DNA of 64,000 bases from Microgenomates group bacterium GW2011_GWC1_46_15 (GCA_001002285.1 LCLX01000002.1:67827-131826); one strand, 5' to 3'. Counted from the stretch's first letter, positions 38,328 through 47,993 are shown. Notes: generated from the sequence alone by a model not told the origin. Numbers and translations are program-made.

Positions 38328-38813
38328 TTGATCTCTTATGTACCTTTCCGGTATACTTCCCAGGTTATGCTATCAATCTCACACGCAGCAACCGGCGCGT
38401 TTCTCGCCGCAAAACTCCAAAACCCAGTGTTGTACATTCCTGCTATTCTTGCGTCACATTATCTTGAAGACTGGATTCTGCACTGGGACGTTGGAACAGG
38501 ATTGTCGAATGGGACGCGCAAACGGAGCCACGCGTTTGTGCTTGAGCTGATTGATCTTGTATTGGCGATTGGAGTTGTGTTTTTGATGTTCCGCGATTCT
38601 GCCGTTGGAGTTCAACCGCAGATTTATTTTGGCGCGTTTCTTGGCCTTCTCCCCGATTTTCTTGAAGCCCCACGGAATTTTTTCAACTGGAACCCGAAAT
38701 TTTTAAAACCACTGAATAGTTTTCACCACTCACTTCATCACTCAACACCGAATGTACTTCGCGGATTGATTCCGCAGGTTATTTTGCTTGCACTACTGTG
38801 GGCGATGAAATAA
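38328..38813 (+). CDS. Hypothetical membrane protein
   Basis: 161 aa with about 4 TM helices and a His-rich C-terminus (HHSLHHS). Confidence 0.35.
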   Translation: MISYVPFRYTSQVMLSISHAATGAFLAAKLQNPVLYIPAILASHYLEDWILHWDVGTGLSNGTRKRSHAFVLELIDLVLAIGVVFLMFRDSAVGVQPQIYFGAFLGLLPDFLEAPRNFFNWNPKFLKPLNSFHHSLHHSTPNVLRGLIPQVILLALLWAMK

Positions 38814-39149
38814 ATGTGGTAATCTTGCCCCCGTTTGCCTTCTCCAGCGCTGTAATGTTCTTCGACTTATCTCCAATCTCCTTGCAAGCTCTCTTTCATT
38901 GCCCGCTTCAGCTAAAAGTTGTTCCAGCGTTTCCTTATCCGGAACTTCTTGAGGAATCCTTCCGGTAGGCCTTCTTTCAATCCCCCACCTTTTCATATCT
39001 GTATATACTCTAAATACGGAAACACCAAACTTTTTTGCTATTGCGGGAATGCTCATTTTTACTTTTTCATAGCACACACGAAGAAGCTCTGATGTATAGA
39101 GATTATCACTATCAATCTCAGTATTAGGGTGAGAATTTTCTGTAGACAT
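38793..39149 (-). CDS. Hypothetical helix-turn-helix protein
   Basis: IPAIAKKFGVSVFRVYTDMKRWG is HTH-like. Lies adjacent to the tRNA gene. Confidence 0.35.
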   Translation of the reverse strand: MSTENSHPNTEIDSDNLYTSELLRVCYEKVKMSIPAIAKKFGVSVFRVYTDMKRWGIERRPTGRIPQEVPDKETLEQLLAEAGNERELARRLEISRRTLQRWRRQTGARLPHLFHRPQ

Positions 39150-39208
39150 TGCCGCTTATCATATCATGGGAAACACTACCGCTTTATGGTAAAATTCTCT
39201 CGATGAAC

Positions 39209-39291
39209 GCCGAGATGCTGGAATGGTATACAGTCCAGTCTCAAAAACTGGTGGGCGCAAGCCCATGAGGGTTCGACTCCCTCTCTCGGCA
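39209..39291 (+). tRNA. tRNA-Leu (anticodon CAA), class II with a long variable arm
   Basis: Folded by hand. Acceptor gccgaga/tctcggc. U8. D-loop with GG. Anticodon stem ccagt/actgg with loop cuCAAaa (U33, A37). 15-nt variable arm with a gggc/gccc stem. T-arm gaggg-TTCGACT-ccctc. Discriminator A. Extended -10 (tgGTAAAAT) about 13 nt upstream. Confidence 0.8.
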
Positions 39292-39295
39292 CTTT

Positions 39296-39994
39296 ATGGA
39301 CCGATTACCACACCAACCTCACAAGGTCGATGTTGCCATTAATATTGATGAAACTCTTTTACTGGAAAAGATATGGGCTAGTGTTCTTGGTCCCGAGCGA
39401 GAAAAGCTTGAATCTGAATGGCATTGGCGATATGCTCACACATTTATTAACTTCACTCTTCGCATACTTCAACACCAAGGAAAAATTTCTGATTCTTCAT
39501 TACTTTCCACACACAAAGAACAAACACTTCGGGGTTTATCTGTTTGCAGTATTGGAGGAACAGAAGCGTGCATTTTAGCTGCTCTCGGAGCACAAGCAAC
39601 CTGTATTGGACCTGAGCTTACTCATTTTCCTGCTCCAGAGAAAACAACCATTGTCCCGCATCGTCTTAATCCCGATATCGCTCAGCAATATGCCGAAGCA
39701 TTCGATGTCACGATGTCTCGCCGAGTTCTAGATTTTGGAAGCGGATTAGATAATAGCTCTTATCTTGGTCACCAAAGACATTACCTTTCTTTTCTCTTAT
39801 CTGCACTTGCAATGACAAAACTGAATGGGATCAGTGTTCACAGTATTAATCCAATCATTTTTGATGGTCAATTAGGAAGAAAAGGTGTTAGGGAAGATGT
39901 TGAAAAATACGCACGAATTTTAGAAACAGAAAAGGATTATGATGTTACATATTGTTTCACCCCGACTCAACACATTGAGGCGTCATCTATTTAG
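39296..39994 (+). CDS. Hypothetical protein, possible class I SAM-methyltransferase-like; true start probably downstream of 39296
   Basis: GLSVCSIGGTEACILAALGAQATCIGPE resembles methyltransferase motif I. The track start is only 5 nt after the tRNA. GC is lower than flanking genes. Confidence 0.3.
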   Translation: MDRLPHQPHKVDVAINIDETLLLEKIWASVLGPEREKLESEWHWRYAHTFINFTLRILQHQGKISDSSLLSTHKEQTLRGLSVCSIGGTEACILAALGAQATCIGPELTHFPAPEKTTIVPHRLNPDIAQQYAEAFDVTMSRRVLDFGSGLDNSSYLGHQRHYLSFLLSALAMTKLNGISVHSINPIIFDGQLGRKGVREDVEKYARILETEKDYDVTYCFTPTQHIEASSI

Positions 39995-40027
39995 TAAAAA
40001 GACTCCTACATTTGCTATACTGATTCC

Positions 40028-40261
40028 ATGCTCCGCACGATCTTCTCCCAGCTTTTCGATATTACCAGCATTTGGTTCTTTGTGTTCCAGTCCATTGTGT
40101 GGTTTGCGATTTGTCTTGGTGTCGTCGTGAGTATTGATGTTGCACGACCAGAACGGAGCTATGGAAAAACCAAGCAAAACCTTGGATTCTTGCTCTTGTT
40201 TATCGTCCTTTCGAGTAGCCTTCTCTATATTATGTTTGGAAGAACTGGCGCACGGGGGTAA
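40028..40261 (+). CDS. Small hypothetical membrane protein
   Basis: 77 aa with two hydrophobic helices. Confidence 0.2.
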   Translation: MLRTIFSQLFDITSIWFFVFQSIVWFAICLGVVVSIDVARPERSYGKTKQNLGFLLLFIVLSSSLLYIMFGRTGARG

Positions 40262-40287
40262 AATCCCGGGGATAAAACCCTATCTTT

Positions 40288-42879
40288 CTATCTCTTCTGT
40301 TCCATACCGTAAAACTTAATGCGATCTCCTTTAAAGAACATATCGATCGTGCGAAGTGGGCCGTTGCGGTGCTTGGCAACGGTGAGTTTGACGTGCTCCG
40401 GCGCCTCGTCTTCTTCCCGATACAAAAACATGACAACATCAGAATCTTGTTCGATACTGTTGTGTACAACAATGTCATTTGCGATAAAGTTGGCATATCC
40501 GGGAACAGTCGCGTCAAATACTTTACGGATGCCAATTTTTGTAATACTCAAAATTTCATCCCAATACACATCCGAAGAAGCAAACATTCTCAAAAGATCA
40601 TTGTCTAAAGCTTCTGCAATATTCCATAATCGTTCTCTTCCAATCGAATTTCTCTGTCTCCCTGTTCCGCTATATGCCCATCCCATAGTTTGATGAAAAG
40701 CACGTGTCGTTAATCCAAACTCAGCACGCGATGCTTCAATATATTTCCATAACGCCTTTGGAATAACATCGAGGTTTGGATTGCTTACCACCGTTTGAAG
40801 TAAAAGAAGTGCGCGGCGAGCTCTTCCCTCTTTCTCCCCCACACATCCCACAATCTCAAGAAAATGCCGCTGAGCCTGGGCTCCTTGAACCGCAACATTC
40901 CACATTGCCTGATATCCATGTTGTTTGACTTCGCGGACAGTAGAAAATACTCCAAGACGCAGAAGTAAATGAGCAACGTCTTCTGCCAACCTTTGGCTTC
41001 CTGATGCATAATACACAGATACTAACGGACCCTTCTTTTTTTCTTTACGTATAGCAATGCATCCATCGGTTGACCAAAGGTGACGCAGAAAAAGCGCTAT
41101 GGTAGCGTTAGGCTGAGAAAAAACAGCTGTCGGGATGTGTTTTACTCGAGAATGCTGGCCGTAGATTCCAAGGTCTTCATCAAGCCAACGAACAATCGGA
41201 TTTCTTTTTCCACGAGCCAATTTATATGGCGAAGAAAGATAAAGATGGTACCACTGTTCTTGTCGAACAAGGCGAGGAATAATGCCAAATGCGTGCACCG
41301 CTGATTCCGCAACGTACTGAATAAGCGGAAGTTCAGAATTTGTGTAGTGAAGCGGTTGGCGTTTTACGTAACATCCATCCCCAATAAGGTGTGCTAAGAC
41401 AATGAGTTGATCGTCGGTAAGTGTTTGTTGAAGTTCTTTTGAAATCTCGAGCAACCTTGGTGTTCCCAATTGTTCCCCAACCTTTAATTGATCAAGTCGT
41501 TTCCATCCACTTACTGTAAAAAACGGATGGTTTGCAGAAGCGGTAATGCGTTTCCCACTGCGTAACTGCATTTCATAAACCATCTTTTTTCCACTTGGAA
41601 AGACCTTTGACATCACTGCCTGATGGATAATCATTGTTTCATCCATCGCAAGCACGGGAATGTTTTTTTTACCAACCAAAGATACGATTGGGACCCGTTT
41701 TCCTGTGTCCGAGCGGAAAATCAACGTATCGCCCAAAAGACATCCGCTTTCGCGCAAATCGGACAACTGCGGCTGTTTGACTCCTCGGCTCTCTACCGAC
41801 CGGTTCAGCTGAGAAAGTGCTAATACTGGCACTTTTAATTCACGCGCCAGGTTTTTTAATCCCTGCGAGATTTCTGAAACTTCCTGCACGCGATTGTCCG
41901 TAGTATATCCGCGCATCAGTTGGAGATAGTCAACAATAATGAGATCAAGCCCATGCTCTGCCATCAACCGGCGAGCTTTGGTGCGGACTTCCAGAATGGA
42001 CTGTCCTGGCGTATCGTCAAAAAACAGTGGAGCCTCGGCCAGCTCCCCCATTGCGTCTGAAAGTTTTTCAAAATCTTCTTCATCCAAACGTCCTGTTTTG
42101 AGTTTCCACGCGTCAATATCAGCCTGCTGAACCAGCAACCGGTCCACCATTTCTTCCTTACTCATTTCAAGCGCAAAGTACCCAACGTTTAACTTGCGCT
42201 CTACCGCAACGTGTTTGGCAATTGAAAGCGAAAAGGCTGTTTTTCCAATACCGGGGCGGGCAGCCAGAATCAACAAGTTTGACTTCTGCATGCCGGCCAA
42301 CGTATCGTCTAACTCGGCAAAACCAGTGGGAACACCGCGTAACCCGCTGCTGTTTTTGTGCAACTCATCGAGGCGGTCAAAACTTTCAGCCAACGCTGTT
42401 TTGAGTGAAATAAATGACCGGTCCATGTGCTTTTGCGAAAGACCAAAAATATTCTGTTCGGCGGTATCAAGAATGTCGGATGTTTCTCTGGCCGGATTAA
42501 GGGCCATCTCAGAAAGATCGGAAGCCAACGTGATGAGAAACCGCTTGATCGCCATGTCCTTAATGATCTTGGCGTACTGCTTGACGTGTGCCGCAGTCGG
42601 CACTTTGGCGGCTAAATCCGCAAGATACGCTGTGCCGCCAATGTCTTTCAATCTTCCGGTTTTTTTGAGCATGTCGGTAAGCGTAACAACGTCAATGGGC
42701 TCGCGGTCGGCAAACAACTTCAACATGCCGTCGTAAATATCACGATGTGCTTCGCGGTAGAAATGTTTGGGTTCCAAGAACTCCGCGATTTGCACAATTG
42801 CGTCGCGGTCAATCAGCATGGCGCCGAGCACGCTTTCTTCAGCTTGAATGTTGTGTGGGGGTAGTTTTGGATCAGCCAT
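40288..42879 (-). CDS. dnaB: Replicative DNA helicase DnaB, interrupted by an intein
   Basis: The N-terminal domain (NIQAEESVLGAML), Walker A GIGKTAFSL, and SQLNR...LSDLRESG then SIEQDSDVVMFLYR are separated by a 428-aa insertion. Confidence 0.9.
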   Translation of the reverse strand: MADPKLPPHNIQAEESVLGAMLIDRDAIVQIAEFLEPKHFYREAHRDIYDGMLKLFADREPIDVVTLTDMLKKTGRLKDIGGTAYLADLAAKVPTAAHVKQYAKIIKDMAIKRFLITLASDLSEMALNPARETSDILDTAEQNIFGLSQKHMDRSFISLKTALAESFDRLDELHKNSSGLRGVPTGFAELDDTLAGMQKSNLLILAARPGIGKTAFSLSIAKHVAVERKLNVGYFALEMSKEEMVDRLLVQQADIDAWKLKTGRLDEEDFEKLSDAMGELAEAPLFFDDTPGQSILEVRTKARRLMAEHGLDLIIVDYLQLMRGYTTDNRVQEVSEISQGLKNLARELKVPVLALSQLNRSVESRGVKQPQLSDLRESGCLLGDTLIFRSDTGKRVPIVSLVGKKNIPVLAMDETMIIHQAVMSKVFPSGKKMVYEMQLRSGKRITASANHPFFTVSGWKRLDQLKVGEQLGTPRLLEISKELQQTLTDDQLIVLAHLIGDGCYVKRQPLHYTNSELPLIQYVAESAVHAFGIIPRLVRQEQWYHLYLSSPYKLARGKRNPIVRWLDEDLGIYGQHSRVKHIPTAVFSQPNATIALFLRHLWSTDGCIAIRKEKKKGPLVSVYYASGSQRLAEDVAHLLLRLGVFSTVREVKQHGYQAMWNVAVQGAQAQRHFLEIVGCVGEKEGRARRALLLLQTVVSNPNLDVIPKALWKYIEASRAEFGLTTRAFHQTMGWAYSGTGRQRNSIGRERLWNIAEALDNDLLRMFASSDVYWDEILSITKIGIRKVFDATVPGYANFIANDIVVHNSIEQDSDVVMFLYREEDEAPEHVKLTVAKHRNGPLRTIDMFFKGDRIKFYGMEQKR
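40459..41742 (-). mobile_element. DnaB intein (428 aa) with a LAGLIDADG homing endonuclease
   Basis: Begins with Cys after LRESG and ends ..IVVHN before SIEQDSD (the classic DnaB intein site). Two LAGLIDADG-type motifs: LAHLIGDGCY and LRHLWSTDGCIA. Lower GC than flanking dnaB. Confidence 0.8.
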
Positions 42880-42960
42880 ATACGTGCTTTCTTAACACTC
42901 TCTAATAAAAATGGCAGGGATACACATACGCGGGCGGGCGTGTTTCTAGGCACATGTTTA

Positions 42961-43620
42961 TTACGCAGGATTCATGACCACGAGCTCGGTTTCTTCCGGC
43001 AGACTTCCCGCGGTAACAGTGAACGACGTGACAAGCTCTTTTGTGACTCCATAGACTTTCATAAAGTCCTCAACCGTTGCGAGATCACCAAACACCTTAT
43101 TTGAATGGGCAGCGGTGCGGTAGTGCATCGGAATAACATAGGACGGCTCAATCGCTTGAATCACCTCGACTGCGGTTTTGGGATCAATGGTAAACTTCCC
43201 GCCTACTGGACACAAAAGCACATCAACAACGCCAAGTTTTTCTATCGTTTTTTCATCTAACGTGTGTCCAAGATCACCCAAGTGGCACACAACCAAATCG
43301 TCCAAGTGAATTGTGTAGATAATGTTGCGGCCACGCTCGCTTCCCTGGCTGTTGTCGTGAAATGTTGAAAAACCAAACACCGAAACACCGGCAACTTCGT
43401 ACTCGCCGGGGGCATCAATAACAAACGGGTGCTCACGGCGTGTTGTCGGGCTGATTTTATCAACCGCGTTGTGATCGGAGTGATCGTGGGATACCGTAAT
43501 GAAGTCTGCGGATACCTTTGGCATCTTCAAACCCATGTCGCTAGAAAACGGATCAGTCACCACAATTCCGTTTTTTCCTTTGAGCGAAAATGCTGAATGG
43601 CCGAGGTACGTGATCTGCAT
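42961..43620 (-). CDS. MBL-fold metallo-hydrolase
   Basis: MQITYLGHSAF, HDHSDH metal-binding motif. Confidence 0.7.
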   Translation of the reverse strand: MQITYLGHSAFSLKGKNGIVVTDPFSSDMGLKMPKVSADFITVSHDHSDHNAVDKISPTTRREHPFVIDAPGEYEVAGVSVFGFSTFHDNSQGSERGRNIIYTIHLDDLVVCHLGDLGHTLDEKTIEKLGVVDVLLCPVGGKFTIDPKTAVEVIQAIEPSYVIPMHYRTAAHSNKVFGDLATVEDFMKVYGVTKELVTSFTVTAGSLPEETELVVMNPA

Positions 43621-43752
43621 CGTGGTAGTATAGTATCTCCTTTGTCGTTTCTTCGCAATGCAGAAACTGCTCTTTTATTATTTTTAGTATTTTTGATGGT
43701 ACGATCAATGACAATCAGTGCTGGAAAAATCCAAAAAGGTTGATACAATACG

Positions 43753-44259
43753 ATGATCCCTATGAAAAAAGAAGTTGTGTTCGCCATCGCGCTCGGTGCT
43801 ATTGTTGGGCTCGTTATTACATTCGGCATCTATACCGCAAACAAGGCGCTCCAGCAGAGGCGCGAAGAAACAACAACCACACAAGTGCAGGACACAAAAG
43901 GTTCTTCGGAAAACGAGCCTTCTGCTATGCGGATTTACGCCCCGGAAGATGGGAGCCTTGTTGATAAAGATACGCTCCAGATTTCCGGTGTGACGTTTCC
44001 AAATGCAACGCTTGCGATCTACGTCAATGATGCGTTGTACATCGCTACTGCGGATGCAAAAGGCAATTTTTCTGCTGAAGTGAAGCTCGGCGCGGGAAGC
44101 AATGTGATCACGAGTATCGCAACCGCGCCAGACGGAACGCAGGAGCGCGACGCGCGGCTCGTCGTGTTTAGCACCGCAAATCTTGATGACGGGACAACCG
44201 CGACAAACTCAGCAAAACCAAAAGCTAGCCCAACACCGAAACCGGGAGGCACACAGTGA
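43753..44259 (+). CDS. Hypothetical secreted/anchored protein
   Basis: N-terminal TM/signal. Thr-rich linker. Beta-rich domain. C-terminal Pro/Thr/Lys tail. The TGA stop overlaps the next gene's GTG. Confidence 0.4.
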   Translation: MIPMKKEVVFAIALGAIVGLVITFGIYTANKALQQRREETTTTQVQDTKGSSENEPSAMRIYAPEDGSLVDKDTLQISGVTFPNATLAIYVNDALYIATADAKGNFSAEVKLGAGSNVITSIATAPDGTQERDARLVVFSTANLDDGTTATNSAKPKASPTPKPGGTQ

Positions 44260-44969
44260 AACTCCGCATCTTACTCACTATCGGCGCCTTTTCCTTAGCA
44301 GCTCTTGCATTTCAAGTACACGCCGTAGTTCCTTCCCCATCACCATCTCCAAAGTCTTCACCTCTCCCCACATCAACACCGACCGCAACGAGTTCCGCGC
44401 AACAGGATACAGTGAATCAAAATTTGAAAGACCGCATTGAGAAGGCCATTGAGGAAAAAGCGCAAACTGTTGAAACCACGCGGAAAAAGCGCGCGATTGT
44501 CGGCATTGTTGAACGTGTCACAAGTGAATCACTCTCATTAAAAACACTCCAGAACACCACAGAAACGATCAAACTCGTTCCGAATAAAACCGCGATGCTT
44601 CAACTCCCAGGCCTTCAGCCGATCACACTGACCGATCTTGAGCTCAATAGTTTTGTGATCGTGATGGGATACAACGATGATGGCGTTCTTGAGGCCCGGC
44701 GCATTTTGTTGAGCCCCGTCCCCCTTTTTCCCGTGCGTAAAGAGGTCTTTTTTGGAAAAGTAGATGCGCTAACAACAACAGAAATTTCGCTGACGTTGCG
44801 GACACAAGAACAAAAAATACTTTCGCTATCGAAAAAAGTGCAGTTTCAGAAAGCCGATGGATCCAGGACAGTGCGCGCTGACGTGTCGAAAAGTATAGAG
44901 GTTTTTGTTGTCGTCCCTCAAGTTGAGGACGCAAGTCCTTCGGCGACATTGGTGAGAATACTCAAGTAG
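44256..44969 (+). CDS. Hypothetical secreted protein
   Basis: Signal peptide MKLRILLTIGAFSLAALAFQVHA followed by a Pro/Ser/Thr-rich linker. Confidence 0.4.
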   Translation: MKLRILLTIGAFSLAALAFQVHAVVPSPSPSPKSSPLPTSTPTATSSAQQDTVNQNLKDRIEKAIEEKAQTVETTRKKRAIVGIVERVTSESLSLKTLQNTTETIKLVPNKTAMLQLPGLQPITLTDLELNSFVIVMGYNDDGVLEARRILLSPVPLFPVRKEVFFGKVDALTTTEISLTLRTQEQKILSLSKKVQFQKADGSRTVRADVSKSIEVFVVVPQVEDASPSATLVRILK

Positions 44970-45176
44970 ATCTTTCATAGTTTGACCCTGCGTGCTACAA
45001 TCCCCCCACAAGTGAATACAAAGCGTTAACCGGAGTCACGATCCGGAATTCCGAAAGGAAACGCTGTTCGCCAAAATGCGGAACGGAGGTTCAACCGTAA
45101 AAACAGAACCGTCGATGTCGCACCAGCGGAGTCGGCCCAAGAGTTCTTCGGGAAAATACCGAAGAGAATGAAGGAT

Positions 45177-45200
45177 GGGACCGCGGAAGGTCCTTTTTTT
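45177..45200 (+). terminator. Rho-independent terminator-like hairpin
   Basis: gggacc-gcggaa-ggtcct followed by TTTTTTT. It lies about 200 nt after the stop of the preceding + gene, so it may terminate a structured 3' UTR or a separate small RNA. Confidence 0.5.
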
Positions 45201-45598
45201 ATGCGCGAGCCCAAAGCTCCGCAAGATAGCCTCTCGTTCCTTTTTCATCACACCAACGTGTATTGGGTGTGGTGGGAAGTGAACGGGAGGTTTTTTGTAT
45301 AGAAAGGAGGTGAAAATTATGATTGATTCATTAAGCATTCGATTCGATGGTGAAATGGATGCGTATCTTCATCAGTCGAGAACCACTGGCATTACTCAGA
45401 GCAATATTGGATGTGACACTCGACGATTTAACAGATGAAGAGAAGCAACGTTTGCGAAACGGTGAAGTTGTGAACATTCCAGCAGATGAATTGTTGGCTC
45501 GAGTGTACGGCTCTACATCGTTTAAGTAAAACCATGAGGGGGAGAAGAGTCTGATCACCTCTTCCCTCCCTCAAAAATACACGTGCGTTCGTAGTATA

Positions 45599-46870
45599 GT
45601 GGGAAAGAAAGGATATATGGCAACACAAACACAACCACAAACACTCAAAGGATTTCGTGATTTTCTACCAGAAGAAAAGCGCATTCGCAATTTTGTGATG
45701 GGAAAAATCACTGAAGTTTTTGAACTTTACGGATTCGAACCATTAGAAACGCCAACACTCGAGTACGCTTCCCTGCTTCTCGGCAAATATGGAGATGAAG
45801 CTGACAAACTTGTATATACCTTCACCGACAATGGTAACCGCAGGGTAGGGTTGCGCTACGACCAAACCGTACCCACTGCCCGTGTTCTCGCGCAATATCG
45901 CGATCAACTTCCGCAATATTTTCGGCGCTACCAAATGCAAAATGTTTTCCGCGCCGATAAACCACAAAAGGGGCGTTACCGCGAGTTTACACAGTGTGAT
46001 ATCGACATTTTCGGCAGTACTTCTCCTCTCGCCGACGCCGAGATTATTGCCTGTACCTATGCGGCATTTGTTAATGTTGGGTTTTCAAAAATAGTGTTGC
46101 GGATCAATGATCGGAAAGTATTATTTGATGCGCTCCAGCCGTTTGCAACGGAACAAGTCTCCACTCTCTCCATGATTCAATCAATTGACAAACTCGACAA
46201 GCTTCCTCAAGAAGAAATTGTGAAAGAACTTTGCGATAAAGGGTTGCGTGCGGAGGTTTCTCAACAAGTGCTCGACGTAGTTCAAGCAGCACAACCAACA
46301 AAAAATCTTCAGCAAATCATGGACATCACAAATAACCTCGGCGTGCCAAAAGAAGCTATGCAGTTTTCGCCATTTCTCGCACGCGGTCTCGATTATTACA
46401 CCGGCATGATTTTTGAGGTTATTCTTCCCGATTTCCCCATGGGATCGTTTGGCGGAGGCGGTCGGTACGATAACCTTATTGCACAACTTGGTAGTGTTCA
46501 AGTTCCAGCGGTTGGGATTGCGTTTGGGTTTGATCGTATGGTCGAAGCAGTGAAAACGCTCGGCATTGGTCAACAGAAGTGCAATCAATTAACAGTGTTA
46601 GTTACGGTTTTTGACGTATCACTCCAAGCCGAGTCTGCAAAAGTTGCGGCAACATTACGCGCAAAAAACATCTCGACAGAACTTTATCCATCAGCTGACG
46701 ATAAACTCGCAAAACAATTTAAGTACGCGGCAAAAAGAAAGTTTACGCGTGTGATCGTTATTGGGCCAGATGAGGTAGTTCGAGGTGTTGTACAAGTAAA
46801 AACAATGGAAACGGGAAATCAGCAAACACTGCCGTTGGACGATGTTGTTGCGCAACTGAAGACCATGTAG
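45599..46870 (+). CDS. hisS: Histidyl-tRNA synthetase
   Basis: Class II aaRS motifs (..LKGFRDFLPEE.., RYDQTVPTAR, GGGGRYDNL). Confidence 0.85.
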   Translation: MGKKGYMATQTQPQTLKGFRDFLPEEKRIRNFVMGKITEVFELYGFEPLETPTLEYASLLLGKYGDEADKLVYTFTDNGNRRVGLRYDQTVPTARVLAQYRDQLPQYFRRYQMQNVFRADKPQKGRYREFTQCDIDIFGSTSPLADAEIIACTYAAFVNVGFSKIVLRINDRKVLFDALQPFATEQVSTLSMIQSIDKLDKLPQEEIVKELCDKGLRAEVSQQVLDVVQAAQPTKNLQQIMDITNNLGVPKEAMQFSPFLARGLDYYTGMIFEVILPDFPMGSFGGGGRYDNLIAQLGSVQVPAVGIAFGFDRMVEAVKTLGIGQQKCNQLTVLVTVFDVSLQAESAKVAATLRAKNISTELYPSADDKLAKQFKYAAKRKFTRVIVIGPDEVVRGVVQVKTMETGNQQTLPLDDVVAQLKTM

Positions 46871-46880
46871 ACTGAAGTTT

Positions 46881-47858
46881 ATGCCTGCCAAGTCACATCG
46901 TCACGCCCATCCTCAGCCTCACACCTCAAGCAGAACGATTGGCTTAATCGCGGTATTTTTCAACATCCTGTTCTGGGGCCTTGCGCCGGCCATTATTAAA
47001 TCCGGCCTCGATGTGATTCCGGCAGAAGTGTTTTTATACTACCGCTTCTTGATTGTGATCGCGCTCGCCACGCCGTTTCTCTTCTTTTTTAAACCAGTAT
47101 TCGCGTCACTCAAACGGCCGTCACAACTCCTCGTACTTCTCGGCATTGGCCTACTCACAAATCCCCTAAGTCTTGGTATGTTGTTTGTTGGGCTGAGTAT
47201 GACAACTTCGCTAGCAGGCGCCATGTTATCCAGTACTGCCCCGCTTTTCATCGTGATAAGCAGCGCGATATTTTTGAAAGAAAAAATTACGCGGAACGAA
47301 CTCATCGGCATTACCATTGCCACGATAGGAACCGTTTTTATTGTTTTGGAAACACCAGAACAGGCGCACGCGACTAACCCCGTTTTGGGGAATACATTAA
47401 TTCTACTTCAAAACATTTTATGGACTGCTGGCGTTTTACTCATGAAAAAGTTCGCCCACAAACACCACCCGTTTTTATTCGGATACACGGGCTGGCTCAC
47501 CGGCTTTATCTTTTTCCTTTTCTACACGCTCTGGCAACACCCCGCGTATGTTATGGCACCACTCTCCATCACCCAAATTCCGGAGGCATTTCTGCCGATT
47601 ATCTACATGGCGGTGTTTGGCTCACTTATTGCTTTCACGGCGTATCAAGTCGCCCAACGCCACCTGCTGGCCTCCGAAGTCAGCATTTTCTCGTACCTTC
47701 TGCCACTCATCACGATTCCACTATCGCTTTTCTGGTTGCACGAGCGGTTTACTCTTCTGTTCGCGTTTGGCGGGCTTCTGCTGGCTGTGGGCGTGATTGT
47801 TGCCGAGCTCCACTCCCGCTCACGCTTCGTAAGCGTATTGAGGAAAAAACGGACATAA
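46881..47858 (+). CDS. DMT-superfamily (EamA-like) transporter
   Basis: About 10 TM helices in two EamA-like halves. Confidence 0.6.
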   Translation: MPAKSHRHAHPQPHTSSRTIGLIAVFFNILFWGLAPAIIKSGLDVIPAEVFLYYRFLIVIALATPFLFFFKPVFASLKRPSQLLVLLGIGLLTNPLSLGMLFVGLSMTTSLAGAMLSSTAPLFIVISSAIFLKEKITRNELIGITIATIGTVFIVLETPEQAHATNPVLGNTLILLQNILWTAGVLLMKKFAHKHHPFLFGYTGWLTGFIFFLFYTLWQHPAYVMAPLSITQIPEAFLPIIYMAVFGSLIAFTAYQVAQRHLLASEVSIFSYLLPLITIPLSLFWLHERFTLLFAFGGLLLAVGVIVAELHSRSRFVSVLRKKRT

Positions 47859-47993
47859 TATCCTCATACATGCTGCCGAGTATGGGGACCAGTTTCATTT
47901 TCGTACGGTAATTGTTTGGTCCTGTCTTTATACTATGTGGTATACAAAGATATAGTTGACGAGAGAGATTACTCTCGTTAAAGTAGGGTTACT

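Noticed and set aside
45150-45200. T-box riboswitch upstream of hisS
   Set aside because: The motif GGGACCGCGG resembles part of the T-box consensus (AGGGUGGNACCGCG) but lacks the UGGN tRNA-acceptor-binding bulge. I could identify no specifier-loop context. It is more simply a terminator hairpin.
45005-45200. Identity of the structured region as SRP RNA, tmRNA or RNase P RNA
   Set aside because: Only partial similarities were seen (tccggaa…ggaaacgctg versus the SRP GGAA/AGCAG motif; ggttcaacc versus the tmRNA T-loop). The length and conserved motifs do not match any of these convincingly. This needs a covariance-model search.
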